From positions 1 to 42,686 of the forward strand of contig JBDGTC010000090.1 in NCBI GenBank assembly GCA_042217215.1: a stretch of 42,686 nt of DNA, in the 5' to 3' direction. Shown piece by piece: positions 25,254 through 34,090 of the stretch; the first letter of the stretch is position 1, and every line of letters starts with the position of its first letter. A program made the translations under genes and the position numbers. A model generated the notes under the pieces. That model saw only the letters and a program-made list of their open reading frames with translations. It did not search any database and had not been told where the DNA came from. Origin of the DNA: Halobacteriaceae archaeon. Lineage in GTDB: Archaea; Halobacteriota; Halobacteria; Halobacteriales; Halobacteriaceae.

Positions 25254-25850
25254 ATGCAGGACCCCACCGACGACGGACGAGCCGACGAGCCAGACACAGC
25301 GAACGCCCCGATCGGCGACGACCCGGGAGCCGTGGCGGCGACGGTCGCCGACGCGGGGACGACGATGACCGTCGCGGACGCGGCGTGCTTCCCGGTCGAG
25401 GTGGAGACGCTCTGGGACGCCATCTCCGACCCGGCGGCCATCGCGGGTTGCGTCCCGGGCGCCCGCGAGATCGAGCGCCTCGACGAGGGCCGGTACGGCG
25501 TGACGATCACGCGGGGCGTGAGCCACCTCACGCTCTCCCTCTCCGGCGAACTCGCGTTCGTGGAGTCAAGCCCACCGGACTACCTCGTCGCGTCGGGCGC
25601 TGGCCACGACGCGACGACGGGGAGCGACCTGGCGATGCTCGCCGCGATGGAGCTGTCACCCGTCGCGGAGCCGGCGGCCCGCGAGGGCGTTCCCGACGAC
25701 GCGGACGCCGCGGTCGAACTCGCCTACTCCGCCGAGGTCGGCCTGACCGGCGGGGTCGCATCGCTGGGCACCGAGATGCTCCGGCCCATCGTGAAGCGCG
25801 ACGTGACCGCCTTCTTCGGGAACCTCCGTGGCCGGGTGACCCGGAGATGA
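25254..25850 (+). CDS. CoxG-like SRPBCC-fold protein
   Basis: ..FPVEVETLWDAISDPAAIAGCVPGAREIERLDEGRYGVTITRGVSHLTLSLSGEL...YSAEVGLTGGVASLGTEMLRPIVKRDVTAFFGNLRG follows the CoxG pattern. An alternative start is ATG 25365. Confidence 0.6.
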   Translation: MQDPTDDGRADEPDTANAPIGDDPGAVAATVADAGTTMTVADAACFPVEVETLWDAISDPAAIAGCVPGAREIERLDEGRYGVTITRGVSHLTLSLSGELAFVESSPPDYLVASGAGHDATTGSDLAMLAAMELSPVAEPAAREGVPDDADAAVELAYSAEVGLTGGVASLGTEMLRPIVKRDVTAFFGNLRGRVTRR

Positions 25851-25896
25851 GCGCCCACACCGGGTCGGCAGCCGGACCGTCGAGGGGGGCGACGGC

Positions 25897-26901
25897 GTGA
25901 CCCTCGACCTCACGCTGGCGTGTTCCGAGTACGCGTGGACCGAGCCGCTCCACGACGGCCGGGTCTCGCCCCAGGGCGTCGACCTCACGACGGTCGACTT
26001 CCCGAACCCCGACCGGTTCTCGCGGATGGTCCACGACCTCGCCTTCGACGTCTGCGAGCTGTCGATGGGGACCTACCTCGCCACCCGGCGCGACCCGGCG
26101 GCCTTCCCCTTCACGGCGCTCCCGGTGTTCCCGTACCGCCGGTTCCGGCACTCCTTCGTCTACCGGCGCGCGGGCGGGCCGGTCGCCGGTCCGCCCGACC
26201 TCGAGGGCGCCCGGGTCGGGCTGATCAACTGGCAGACCACCACCGGCATCTGGCAGCGGGGCGTGCTCGCCGAGCGTCACGGCGTCGACCTGGAGGCCAT
26301 CGAGTGGGTCGCCGGTGGCGCCGAGATCGTCGACGTGGACACCGGGGGGTTCGACGTGCGGTACCGCGACCGGCGCTCGGACAGCGCGATGCCGCTCCTC
26401 GAGGGCCTGCTCGCGGCGGGCGACCTCGACGCGCTCTGCGTTCCGGTCCACCCGGAGACCGACGCCGCCGAGCGGCTCTTCGACGACCCGGTCGCGGTGG
26501 AGCGCACCTACGCGCGGGAGACCGGGCACTTCCCCATCATGCACACCGTCGTTGTCCGGGACGCCCTGCTCGAGCGGGAGCCCTGGCTGGCGCAGGCGCT
26601 CGTGGACGCATTCGCCGACGCCAGGCGGCAGGGTCTCGCGACACTGGACCGACCGCGGTGGCTGCCGCTGGCGTCCGTGCGTCCGCTCGTCGACCGGCAG
26701 CGCGCCCTCCTCGGGGCCGACCCCTGGGCGGGCGGCCTCGGCGAGGACAACCGGGCGACCCTCGAGACCCTCGTCGGCTACGCCGCCGACCAGGGCGTGG
26801 CCGCGGAGCGGGACGACGTCGAGGACCTGTTCGCCACGCGGCACCTCGATCCGGGGTGGTTCGAGCGTGCGGAGCCGGCGCCGGGGGTGACCGGCCGGTG
26901 A
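25897..26901 (+). CDS. Cytoplasmic NMT1/periplasmic-binding-fold protein of the type often annotated as 4,5-dihydroxyphthalate decarboxylase
   Basis: No signal peptide. Motifs include LTLACSEYAWTEPLHDGRVSPQGVDL..FDVCELSMGTYL..ALPVFPYRRFRHSFVY..DLEGARVGLINWQTTTGIWQRGVLAERHGVDLEAIEWVAGG. The start is GTG. Confidence 0.6.
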   Translation: MTLDLTLACSEYAWTEPLHDGRVSPQGVDLTTVDFPNPDRFSRMVHDLAFDVCELSMGTYLATRRDPAAFPFTALPVFPYRRFRHSFVYRRAGGPVAGPPDLEGARVGLINWQTTTGIWQRGVLAERHGVDLEAIEWVAGGAEIVDVDTGGFDVRYRDRRSDSAMPLLEGLLAAGDLDALCVPVHPETDAAERLFDDPVAVERTYARETGHFPIMHTVVVRDALLEREPWLAQALVDAFADARRQGLATLDRPRWLPLASVRPLVDRQRALLGADPWAGGLGEDNRATLETLVGYAADQGVAAERDDVEDLFATRHLDPGWFERAEPAPGVTGR

Positions 26902-27695
26902 CGGTCGGCCTCGCGTTCGAGGCGGTCACGAAGCGCTACGGGCCCGACGGCCCGCTCGTGTTCCGCGATCTCTCGATCTCCGTGGCGCCCGGGGAGTTCG
27001 TCGTCGTGGTGGGCCCCTCCGGGTGCGGGAAGACCACGCTGCTGCAGCTCGCCGCCGGCGTCGAGGCGCCCACCGCGGGCACGGTGCGGGTCGGCGGTGC
27101 GCCGGTGGACGGCCCCACCGAGGAGACCGCGATGGTCTTCCAGGACTTCGTGCTCCTGCCGTGGAAGACGGTGCTCGAGAACGTCGCGCTCGGGCTCGCG
27201 GTCCAGGAGCGGATGGACCCCGACCGCAGGCGGGCCGTCGCGCGGGAGTGGCTCGAGACGGTCGGCCTCGCGGACGTCGCGGACCGCTACCCCCGCGCGC
27301 TCTCCGGGGGGATGTGCCAGCGGGTCGGCCTCGCCCGTGCGCTCGCGGTGGACCCCGCGGTCGTGCTCCTCGACGAGCCGTTCGGGTCGCTCGACGCCCA
27401 GACCCGCCACCGGCTCCAGGGCGAGCTCCTGGCGCTCTGGAGCGAGCGGGAGCAGACCGCGTGCTTCGTGACCCACGACGTCGACGAGGCCCTCTTCCTC
27501 GCCGACCGCGTGGTGGTCCTCTCGGACGCTCCGGCCGAGGTGGTCGCCGAGCGGTCCGTCCCCTTCGAGCGACCTCGCGCGCAGCGCCGCGCCGAGATCG
27601 AGCAGAGCGAGCGCTTCGCGTCGCTGCGGACCGCGCTGCGCCGCGACCTCGGACTCACCGACCCCGCGCGGGCCGCCGGCGTGGAGCCGGCATAA
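26898..27695 (+). CDS. ABC transporter ATP-binding protein (NitT/TauT, SsuB/TauB-like)
   Basis: Walker A GPSGCGKTT, signature LSGGMCQRV and Walker B VVLLDEPFGSLD are present. The GTG start overlaps the upstream TGA (GTGA at 26898-26901). Confidence 0.9.
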   Translation: MTVGLAFEAVTKRYGPDGPLVFRDLSISVAPGEFVVVVGPSGCGKTTLLQLAAGVEAPTAGTVRVGGAPVDGPTEETAMVFQDFVLLPWKTVLENVALGLAVQERMDPDRRRAVAREWLETVGLADVADRYPRALSGGMCQRVGLARALAVDPAVVLLDEPFGSLDAQTRHRLQGELLALWSEREQTACFVTHDVDEALFLADRVVVLSDAPAEVVAERSVPFERPRAQRRAEIEQSERFASLRTALRRDLGLTDPARAAGVEPA

Positions 27696-27748
27696 ATACA
27701 TGCAGATGTGAGGACCACGGGTATGCGCGGCGCTCCCCGAGTCCGGGT

Positions 27749-28909
27749 ATGAGCGAGGAGCGTCCTCGACGGCGGGTCGGGGAGTCGACCGAAGGCGACC
27801 GCGGACCCTCGAGCACGCGTCGCGCCGCCCTGGGCGGCCTTGGCGCCGGTGCGGCGGCGACCGTCGCGGGGTGTGCGGGCGTCCCGGCGCTCGGCGGCTC
27901 CCCCGGCGGCGACGAGGGGCCCACGGCGGTCACCTACCGCGGCCGGTTCAAGCGCCTGGGGCTCGCCCCCGCGGTGAACGACGCGGGCGTGGAACTCGGC
28001 ACCTGGGCCGACGACGGCCTCGACGTCTCCTACCGGACGGCGTCGGGCTCCAGCGCGGCGGCGAAGTCGGTCGCCAGCGGCAACGAGCGGTTCGGCAACG
28101 GCGGCATCGCGGCGGTCCTGCAACTCGTCGAGCAGGGTGCGCCGCTGGTGATCATCGGACAGATCGCGGATCCGATGGGGGGCGTCGTGGCGCTCGCCGA
28201 CAGCGGCATCCGGACCTGGACGGACCTCGAGGGCCGGACCGTCGGCCGGTTCCCCTTCGGGAGCACCGGCATCGCCGCCGAGGCGGCGATGCGAGCGGCG
28301 GGGGCGGACGTCTCGGCCGTCGAGTTCCGCAACGTCCAGCCGGGCTCCGGGATGAAGCTCCTGTTGAGCGGCGAGATCGACGCCATGGCGAGGTACTTCC
28401 CGCAGATGAAACAGCGCCTGGAGTACCGCGGCAAGGACGCGGTGGCGCTCCCCAGCGTCGAGCAGCTCGGGCACCTCGGCGTGACCCTCTACACCAGACA
28501 GGAGGTGATCGACCAGGAGCCGGGGCTGGTGGAGCGGTTCGTGCGCGGCTGGCTCCAGGCATTCCGGCCCTGGACGCAGGACCTCGAGCGGGTCATCGAC
28601 CTCTACGCCCCGAAGGTCCCCGGTGAGTTCAACCGGGACCTGGAGCGCCGCACGGTCCCCGCACTGTACGCCGCCCAGGCACCACGCCCGGCCGTCGGTA
28701 CCCGGCACGGCAAGGGATGGACCCCCGAGGAGCGACTGCGGGATACCGTCGACGTGTTCACCGAGGCCGGGCTGCTCGAGGGCGCCGTCGAGCCCTCGGC
28801 CGTCTACACCAACGAGTTCATCGAGCGGAACCACGACCTCGCGGTGGAGACCGCGGGGCTCCTGTACGACGCGCTCGAGCGATACGACGTCGGGCCGAAC
28901 TACATCTGA
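27749..28909 (+). CDS. Tat-lipoprotein substrate-binding protein (NMT1/SsuA-like) of the ABC importer
   Basis: STRRAALGGLGAGAAATVAGC signal, followed by a periplasmic-binding-fold sequence (..GLAPAVNDAGVELGTWADDGLDV..). Confidence 0.75.
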   Translation: MSEERPRRRVGESTEGDRGPSSTRRAALGGLGAGAAATVAGCAGVPALGGSPGGDEGPTAVTYRGRFKRLGLAPAVNDAGVELGTWADDGLDVSYRTASGSSAAAKSVASGNERFGNGGIAAVLQLVEQGAPLVIIGQIADPMGGVVALADSGIRTWTDLEGRTVGRFPFGSTGIAAEAAMRAAGADVSAVEFRNVQPGSGMKLLLSGEIDAMARYFPQMKQRLEYRGKDAVALPSVEQLGHLGVTLYTRQEVIDQEPGLVERFVRGWLQAFRPWTQDLERVIDLYAPKVPGEFNRDLERRTVPALYAAQAPRPAVGTRHGKGWTPEERLRDTVDVFTEAGLLEGAVEPSAVYTNEFIERNHDLAVETAGLLYDALERYDVGPNYI

Positions 28910-28912
28910 CCG

Positions 28913-29743
28913 ATGAGCCCCTTCGACGAGGCCGAGCGCCGGTCCCGACCGCTCCGGCTCCCGGCGGTGGGCGGCTCACTCGAGGCGGTCAGGGAGCGCG
29001 CTCGGCCCTCGCGGGCGGTCGCGCTCCCGGGCGCGCTCTTCGTCGGCGGCCTCCTGGGGGTGGAGCTGTTGCTGCCGGCGGCGGGCGTCCCGAGGTACCT
29101 CCTGCCGCGCCCCTCGGTCGTCGCCCGGGCCCTGGTCGCCCACCGCGCTGCCATCCTCGCGAACCTCCGGGTCACGCTCGTCGAGTTCGGCGTGGGGTTC
29201 GGCGCCACGGTCGCGACGGGGTACCTCCTCGCGCTGGCGATGACGTACTCCGAGACCGTCGAGACGACGGTCTACCCGTACGTCATCCTCGTGCGGTCGG
29301 TCCCGATCGTGACGCTGCTGCCGGTGTTCATCGTCTGGTTCGGCTTCGGCTTCAACTCGGTCGTGGTGGTGAGCTACCTCATCAGCGTGTTCCCGATGAT
29401 CGTGAACGCCCGGTCGGGGTTCCAGTCGGCGGACGACCGCGTGCTCCAGATGCTCGAGAGCTTTTCGGCGACCCGCCTGGACCTGTACCGCCACGTCTAC
29501 CGGTACGCCGCGCTCCCGGCGATCTTCGCCGGCCTCAAGGTCTGCACCCTGCTCGCGTTCACGGGCGCCATCGTCGGCGAGTTCCTGCTCGGGAGCCGGG
29601 GTATCGGGGTCCTCATCCTCTCGTACAACGGGTCGATGGACACCCCGGCGATGTTCGCCGCGGTGCTGGCCGTCTCGGCGACCGAACTCGCCATCGTCGG
29701 CGTCGTCCACCGGCTCGAGCGCCGGGTCGTGCACTGGCAGTGA
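28913..29743 (+). CDS. ABC importer permease (binding-protein-dependent inner-membrane component)
   Basis: About 6 TM helices. An EAA-loop-like segment is present (SFSATRLDLYRHVYRYAALPAIFAGLKV). It starts 3 nt after the binding-protein stop. Confidence 0.85.
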   Translation: MSPFDEAERRSRPLRLPAVGGSLEAVRERARPSRAVALPGALFVGGLLGVELLLPAAGVPRYLLPRPSVVARALVAHRAAILANLRVTLVEFGVGFGATVATGYLLALAMTYSETVETTVYPYVILVRSVPIVTLLPVFIVWFGFGFNSVVVVSYLISVFPMIVNARSGFQSADDRVLQMLESFSATRLDLYRHVYRYAALPAIFAGLKVCTLLAFTGAIVGEFLLGSRGIGVLILSYNGSMDTPAMFAAVLAVSATELAIVGVVHRLERRVVHWQ

Positions 29744-29802
29744 GTCCCGGGGGATCGGTCGTCGGCCCACACGGTTAGGTCACCGCGGCCCCTCCGATCG
29801 GC

Positions 29803-31113
29803 ATGGACGCGAAGCGCTTCCTGTTCTGCTCGATGGACGCCGCGCTGATCGGCGACCTCGCGTGGCAGGTCCACGCGGAGGGCCACGAGGTGAAGTACTA
29901 CGTCGAGGCGGAGTCCGACCGCGAGATCGCCGACGGGTTCGTCCCGAAGACCGACGACTGGCGGGCGTAGGTCGACTGGGCCGACGTGGTGGTCTTCGAC
30001 GACATCTGGGTGGGCGACGAGGTGGGGACGGGCGCGCTGGCCGCGGAGCTGCGGGCGGAGGGCCACGCCGTCGTCGGGGGCACGCCGAGCACCGACCGCC
30101 TCGAGGCCGACCGCGGCTACGCCATGGACGTCCTCGAGGCCCACGGCGTCGACGTGCCCCCTCACCGCGTGTTCCGTGACTTCGGGGCCGCCATCGCCCA
30201 CGTCGAGGAGAACCCCGCCCCGTACGTCATCAAGCCACTCGGCGAGGTCCAGAACGTGAAGCGGCTGCTGTTCGTCGGTCGCGAGGCGGACGGGAGCGAC
30301 GTCGTCGACGTCCTGCGCGCGTACGAGAAGGCGTGGGGCCACCGCATGAAGGGGTTCCAGCTGCAGCGGCGGGTCTCGGGCGTCGAGGTTGCGGTGTGTG
30401 GCTTCTTCGACGGCGAGCGGTTCGTCGAGCCGGTCAACGTCAACTTCGAGCACAAGAAGCTCTTCCCGGGCAACATCGGCCCCTCGACCGGCGAGATGGG
30501 CACCTCGATGTTCTGGACAGAGCGCAACCGGGTCTTCGAGGCGACGCTCGGCCGCCTCGAGGGGTGGCTCGCCGACGAGGGGTACGTCGGGAGCATCGAC
30601 GTCAACTGCATCGTGAACGCCGAGGGCGTCCACCCGCTGGAGTTCACGCCGCGCTTTGGCTACCCCACCATTGCGCTCCAGGCGGAGGGCATGGAGACGC
30701 CGACGGGCGACTTTTTCTACCGCCTCGCCCGCGGCGAGGACCCGGACCTCGCGGTCCACCGCGAGTACCAGGTCGGTGTGCGCGTGGTCCTCCCGCCGTT
30801 TCCCTTCGACGACCCGACGGTGTACGACGAGAACTCCCGGAACGCGGCGGTGGTCTTCGAGAATGACGGCCGCGAGGGCATCCACATCGAGGACGCGAAG
30901 CGCGTCGACGGCCAGTGGAGCCCGGCGGGGGAGTCCGGGATGCCCATCGTGGTGACGGGGAAAGGGGAGACCATGGCGGCCGCGCGCGAGCAGGCGTACG
31001 GGCGCATCGACGACGTCATCGTCCCGAACATGTACTACCGGGACGACATCGGCGAGCGGTGGATCGAGGGCGACGGCGACCGGCTCCAGGCGTGGGGCTA
31101 CCTCGGCGGCTGA
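29803..31113 (+). pseudogene. PurD-like ATP-grasp enzyme gene interrupted by one in-frame TAG (codon 56)
   Basis: ATG 29803 opens MDAKRFLFCSMDAALIGDLAWQVHAEGHEVKYYVEAESDREIADGFVPKTDDWRA. TAG follows at 29968-29970, then the same frame continues VDWADVVVFDDIWVG... through the 375-aa ORF 29986..31113. GC3 bias is uninterrupted across the stop. Confidence 0.7.
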
Positions 31114-31213
31114 GCGGCGCCGCCTTCGAGCGGTGCGACCCCGCGACGGCGGGTAAACGCCCCCGAAATCCGGGGCCGAGAGTGACGGACACCGGGCGAC
31201 GTTGCCGACGTGG

Positions 31214-33034
31214 ATGCACCGGGAGCGAAGCGACGGCGGGCGAGCCGCGGCCCCGGCGTGGGCGGTCCTCCTCGCCGTCCTCCTCGCGGGCTACGCCGCG
31301 TACGGGGGTCTCGCCCTCGCGGCGGTGGCCGTCGACGGCGCGCTGGCCGGGGGCGGCGAGGTCACCTCCGTGCCGCCCTGGACGGTCGGCGAGACCGACC
31401 GCGTCGGCGTGAGCCCGGGCCGCACCGCGGGCTTTGCCTTCGCCCGCGTCGACGCCGGCTTCGACTACCGGGACGCGCCCGGGCCCGGTGGTGGCCACAT
31501 GCGCGTCCTCAGCAACGCGGGGGTGTACGCGGCCGACTACGACCGGGACGGGTGGACCGACCTCCTCGCGGTCGGCGGCGAGCGGCCGGTGCTGTTCCGG
31601 AACGCCGGCGGGTCGTTCCAGCGCGCCGACGCCTTGCCCCCGCTCGGGCCGTGGGCCGGCGCCGTCCGGTCCGCGCTCTTCGTCGATTACGACGTCGACG
31701 GCGACCCCGACCTCCTCCTCCTCGCCGACCACCGTGCCCCGCTACTGCTGGAGAACGTCGGCGGCACGTACGAGCGGACGGCGACGTTCGATCGCCCGCT
31801 CGCGGGGTCGCCTTTCGGCGCGACGGCCGCCGACGCGGACGGCGACGGCTGCCCGGACGTCGTCGTCACCCAGGCCGGCGACTGGGACCGGCGGCTCCCG
31901 ATGGGCTTTCACAACTACTCGGCACCGGTGAACGGCGACAACGGTGCGCCCACGGTCCTCTACCGCGGCACCTGCGATGGCTTCGAGCGGGTGCCCCCCG
32001 AGCGCTCGGGCTTCCGCGGTGCGCGGTGGACGCTCGCGGCGTCGTTCGTCGACCTCACGGGTGACGGCCTGCCGGACGTCCACGAGGCCAACGACATCAA
32101 CCACGACGTCGTCTGGGTCAACGAGGGCGACGGCACCTTCCGGCAGGTGGTGCTCCCCGAGCGCACGAACCGCAACGGAATGTCCTCGGAGGTGGCCGAC
32201 GTCACCGGCGACGGCCGCCTCGACGTGTTCGTCACGAACATCCACTATCCACGGTGGGCGATGCGCGAGATCGACGCCGGCCTGCTCGCGAAGGCTCGCG
32301 GGAACAACCTGATCAGTGCCCACGGGAACGGGACGTTCGTCCTCCGCGGCGAGCAGTACGGCGTCAACGCCGGCGGGTGGGGGTGGGCCGCGGTCATCGC
32401 CGACTTCGACAACGACGGCGACGAAGACCTCTTCCACACGACCCGAACCGTCGAGTTCGACTCGCGGGCGGCGCAGTTCGATCCCGGGCAGATCCGGCGC
32501 CTCGAGCGCCGGGCCGAGTACCGGTACCCCCGGGTCTGGTCACGCACCGGTCCGGCACACTTCACGCGCGTCCACGCCGCCAGCTCCGGGTTCGGACCGA
32601 CGAACGGACGCGGCGTCGCCCGCCTGGACTACGACCGCGACGGCGACCTCGACCTCGCGGTGGCCGTCGCGCTCCCCCACGACGCCACGCCGAACGCCAC
32701 CGTCCCGTACGCCCTCTACGAGAACCGCGAGCGGCGGCGCGACGCCGTGCAGGTGCGCGTGCTGGGTCGGGACGGCTCGCTCGCGGGCGCCTACGGTGCG
32801 ACGGTCTCGGTCGCGGCGGCGAACGTCACTCAGACCCGCCTCGTCCACGCGCGCTCCGACTTCCTCTCCCAGGACTCGCGGCTCGTCCACGTCGGCATCG
32901 GGAACGCCACGTCGGCCGACGTGACCGTGACGTGGCGGGGCGGTGCGAGTCTCTCGATCGGTGACGTACCGGCCGACACGCGACTCGTCGTGACGCCCGA
33001 GGGCGTGCGCAACCGGGTCGACCTCGCCGGGTGA
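31214..33034 (+). CDS. CRTAC1-like protein A: N-terminal membrane anchor, FG-GAP/VCBS repeats, ASPIC/UnbV-like C-terminal domain
   Basis: Repeated DYDRDGWTDLL, DYDVDGDPDLLLL, DADGDGCPDVVV, DLTGDGLPDVH, DVTGDGRLDVFVTN, DFDNDGDEDLF and DYDRDGDLDLAV motifs. The C-terminus GATVSVAAANVTQTRLVHARSDFLSQDSRLVHVGIGNATSADVTVTWRGG matches the UnbV/ASPIC pattern. Confidence 0.85.
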   Translation: MHRERSDGGRAAAPAWAVLLAVLLAGYAAYGGLALAAVAVDGALAGGGEVTSVPPWTVGETDRVGVSPGRTAGFAFARVDAGFDYRDAPGPGGGHMRVLSNAGVYAADYDRDGWTDLLAVGGERPVLFRNAGGSFQRADALPPLGPWAGAVRSALFVDYDVDGDPDLLLLADHRAPLLLENVGGTYERTATFDRPLAGSPFGATAADADGDGCPDVVVTQAGDWDRRLPMGFHNYSAPVNGDNGAPTVLYRGTCDGFERVPPERSGFRGARWTLAASFVDLTGDGLPDVHEANDINHDVVWVNEGDGTFRQVVLPERTNRNGMSSEVADVTGDGRLDVFVTNIHYPRWAMREIDAGLLAKARGNNLISAHGNGTFVLRGEQYGVNAGGWGWAAVIADFDNDGDEDLFHTTRTVEFDSRAAQFDPGQIRRLERRAEYRYPRVWSRTGPAHFTRVHAASSGFGPTNGRGVARLDYDRDGDLDLAVAVALPHDATPNATVPYALYENRERRRDAVQVRVLGRDGSLAGAYGATVSVAAANVTQTRLVHARSDFLSQDSRLVHVGIGNATSADVTVTWRGGASLSIGDVPADTRLVVTPEGVRNRVDLAG

Positions 33035-33064
33035 ACGGGTCGGCCGACCGCGGCGTCGCGGTCC

Positions 33065-34090
33065 TCAGCACTCCAGGGCCGGGTTCGAGCGGGCGAACAG
33101 GCCCCGGGGATTGACCCGGAACAGCCACGCGTGCAGGCCGTAGTGGCGCGGCTGGGCGGCCGCGGGGGAGCGGGCGTCGGCGGCGTCACTGTCGGCGGCG
33201 TCACCACGTGCGTCCACGTGGCCGTCCGCGGGGGCGTGGAAGCGCTGGCCGAACAGCGTCGGTGCGGCGTCGACGGCTCCCGCGGGCACCCACCACTCGG
33301 CGCCCGCGAGCACGTACGACCAGTTCGAGCCCATCACGTAGAGGAGCACCGGCGGGGCGGTCGGATCGGTGCCGCCCGTGGTGGCGGTGCCCTCGCGCAC
33401 GAAGGGCACCCCGTAGTGGCCGTCGCCGAGGGCGACGCAGTGCTCGGTGTTGCGATAGCCCGCCTCGACGGCCGCCGAGCCGACGACGTACTGCGAGAGG
33501 CGCTCGCGCACGCGGCGGAGCCGGTCGGCGAAGGGCGGCGGCTCGAGACCGCGGTTCGACACCGCGAAGGTGCCGGCCGGATTGTCGGCGTAGAGCCAGG
33601 CGTGGAGGCCGTAGTGGCTGATACCCAGTCCGTGGTCGGCGGCGGGGGCGTGAAAGCGCCGACCGAAGAGTGCCGGCGCGGCGTCGACGGCCTCCGCGGG
33701 GACCCGCCACTCCACGCCGGCCAGGTGGTAGGTGCCGTCGGAGGCGAGATCGTAGAACAGCACCGCCGGCCGGGCCGGGTCGAGGTCGGTCGTGGACGCG
33801 CGCTCGGGCCGGTACAGCGGCGTCCCGAGGCGGAGCGTCGCCTCGTCGGTGCTGCCCACGTACCGGTGGACGGTGCGGTACCCGTCCGCGAGCGCCGCGG
33901 ACACGTCGCGGTAGCGATCGAGTGGCGCCGTCCGCTCACGCACCGCCGCCACGTCGACCGGCTCCGGGCCGCCCGTCAGTGTCCTCACCGCGCCACAGCC
34001 GGTCGCGCCGCCGAGCCCCGCGACCCCGCCCGCGGCACCGACGCGCCGGAGTACGTCGCGCCGGGTCGGGGCGCCACCATCGGGGGTCAC
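33065..34090 (-). CDS. Tat-signal (probable lipo-)protein made of two tandem copies of an uncharacterised His-motif domain
   Basis: GTG start at 34090 overlaps the upstream TGA (GTGA). The signal is TRRDVLRRVGAAGGVAGLGGATGC. Both halves share GYR..DP..P.VL.Y......Y.LAG.EW.VPA.AVDAAP.LFG.RFHAPA..H....HYGLHAWL...NP.G.FA.SN..LE. Confidence 0.7.
   Translation of the reverse strand: MTPDGGAPTRRDVLRRVGAAGGVAGLGGATGCGAVRTLTGGPEPVDVAAVRERTAPLDRYRDVSAALADGYRTVHRYVGSTDEATLRLGTPLYRPERASTTDLDPARPAVLFYDLASDGTYHLAGVEWRVPAEAVDAAPALFGRRFHAPAADHGLGISHYGLHAWLYADNPAGTFAVSNRGLEPPPFADRLRRVRERLSQYVVGSAAVEAGYRNTEHCVALGDGHYGVPFVREGTATTGGTDPTAPPVLLYVMGSNWSYVLAGAEWWVPAGAVDAAPTLFGQRFHAPADGHVDARGDAADSDAADARSPAAAQPRHYGLHAWLFRVNPRGLFARSNPALEC

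Noticed and set aside
29968-29970. In-frame TAG as a pyrrolysine codon
   Set aside because: No pyl genes or PYLIS-like context are visible in the window, and pyrrolysine use is not known in haloarchaea. A nonsense mutation, an error or read-through is more parsimonious.
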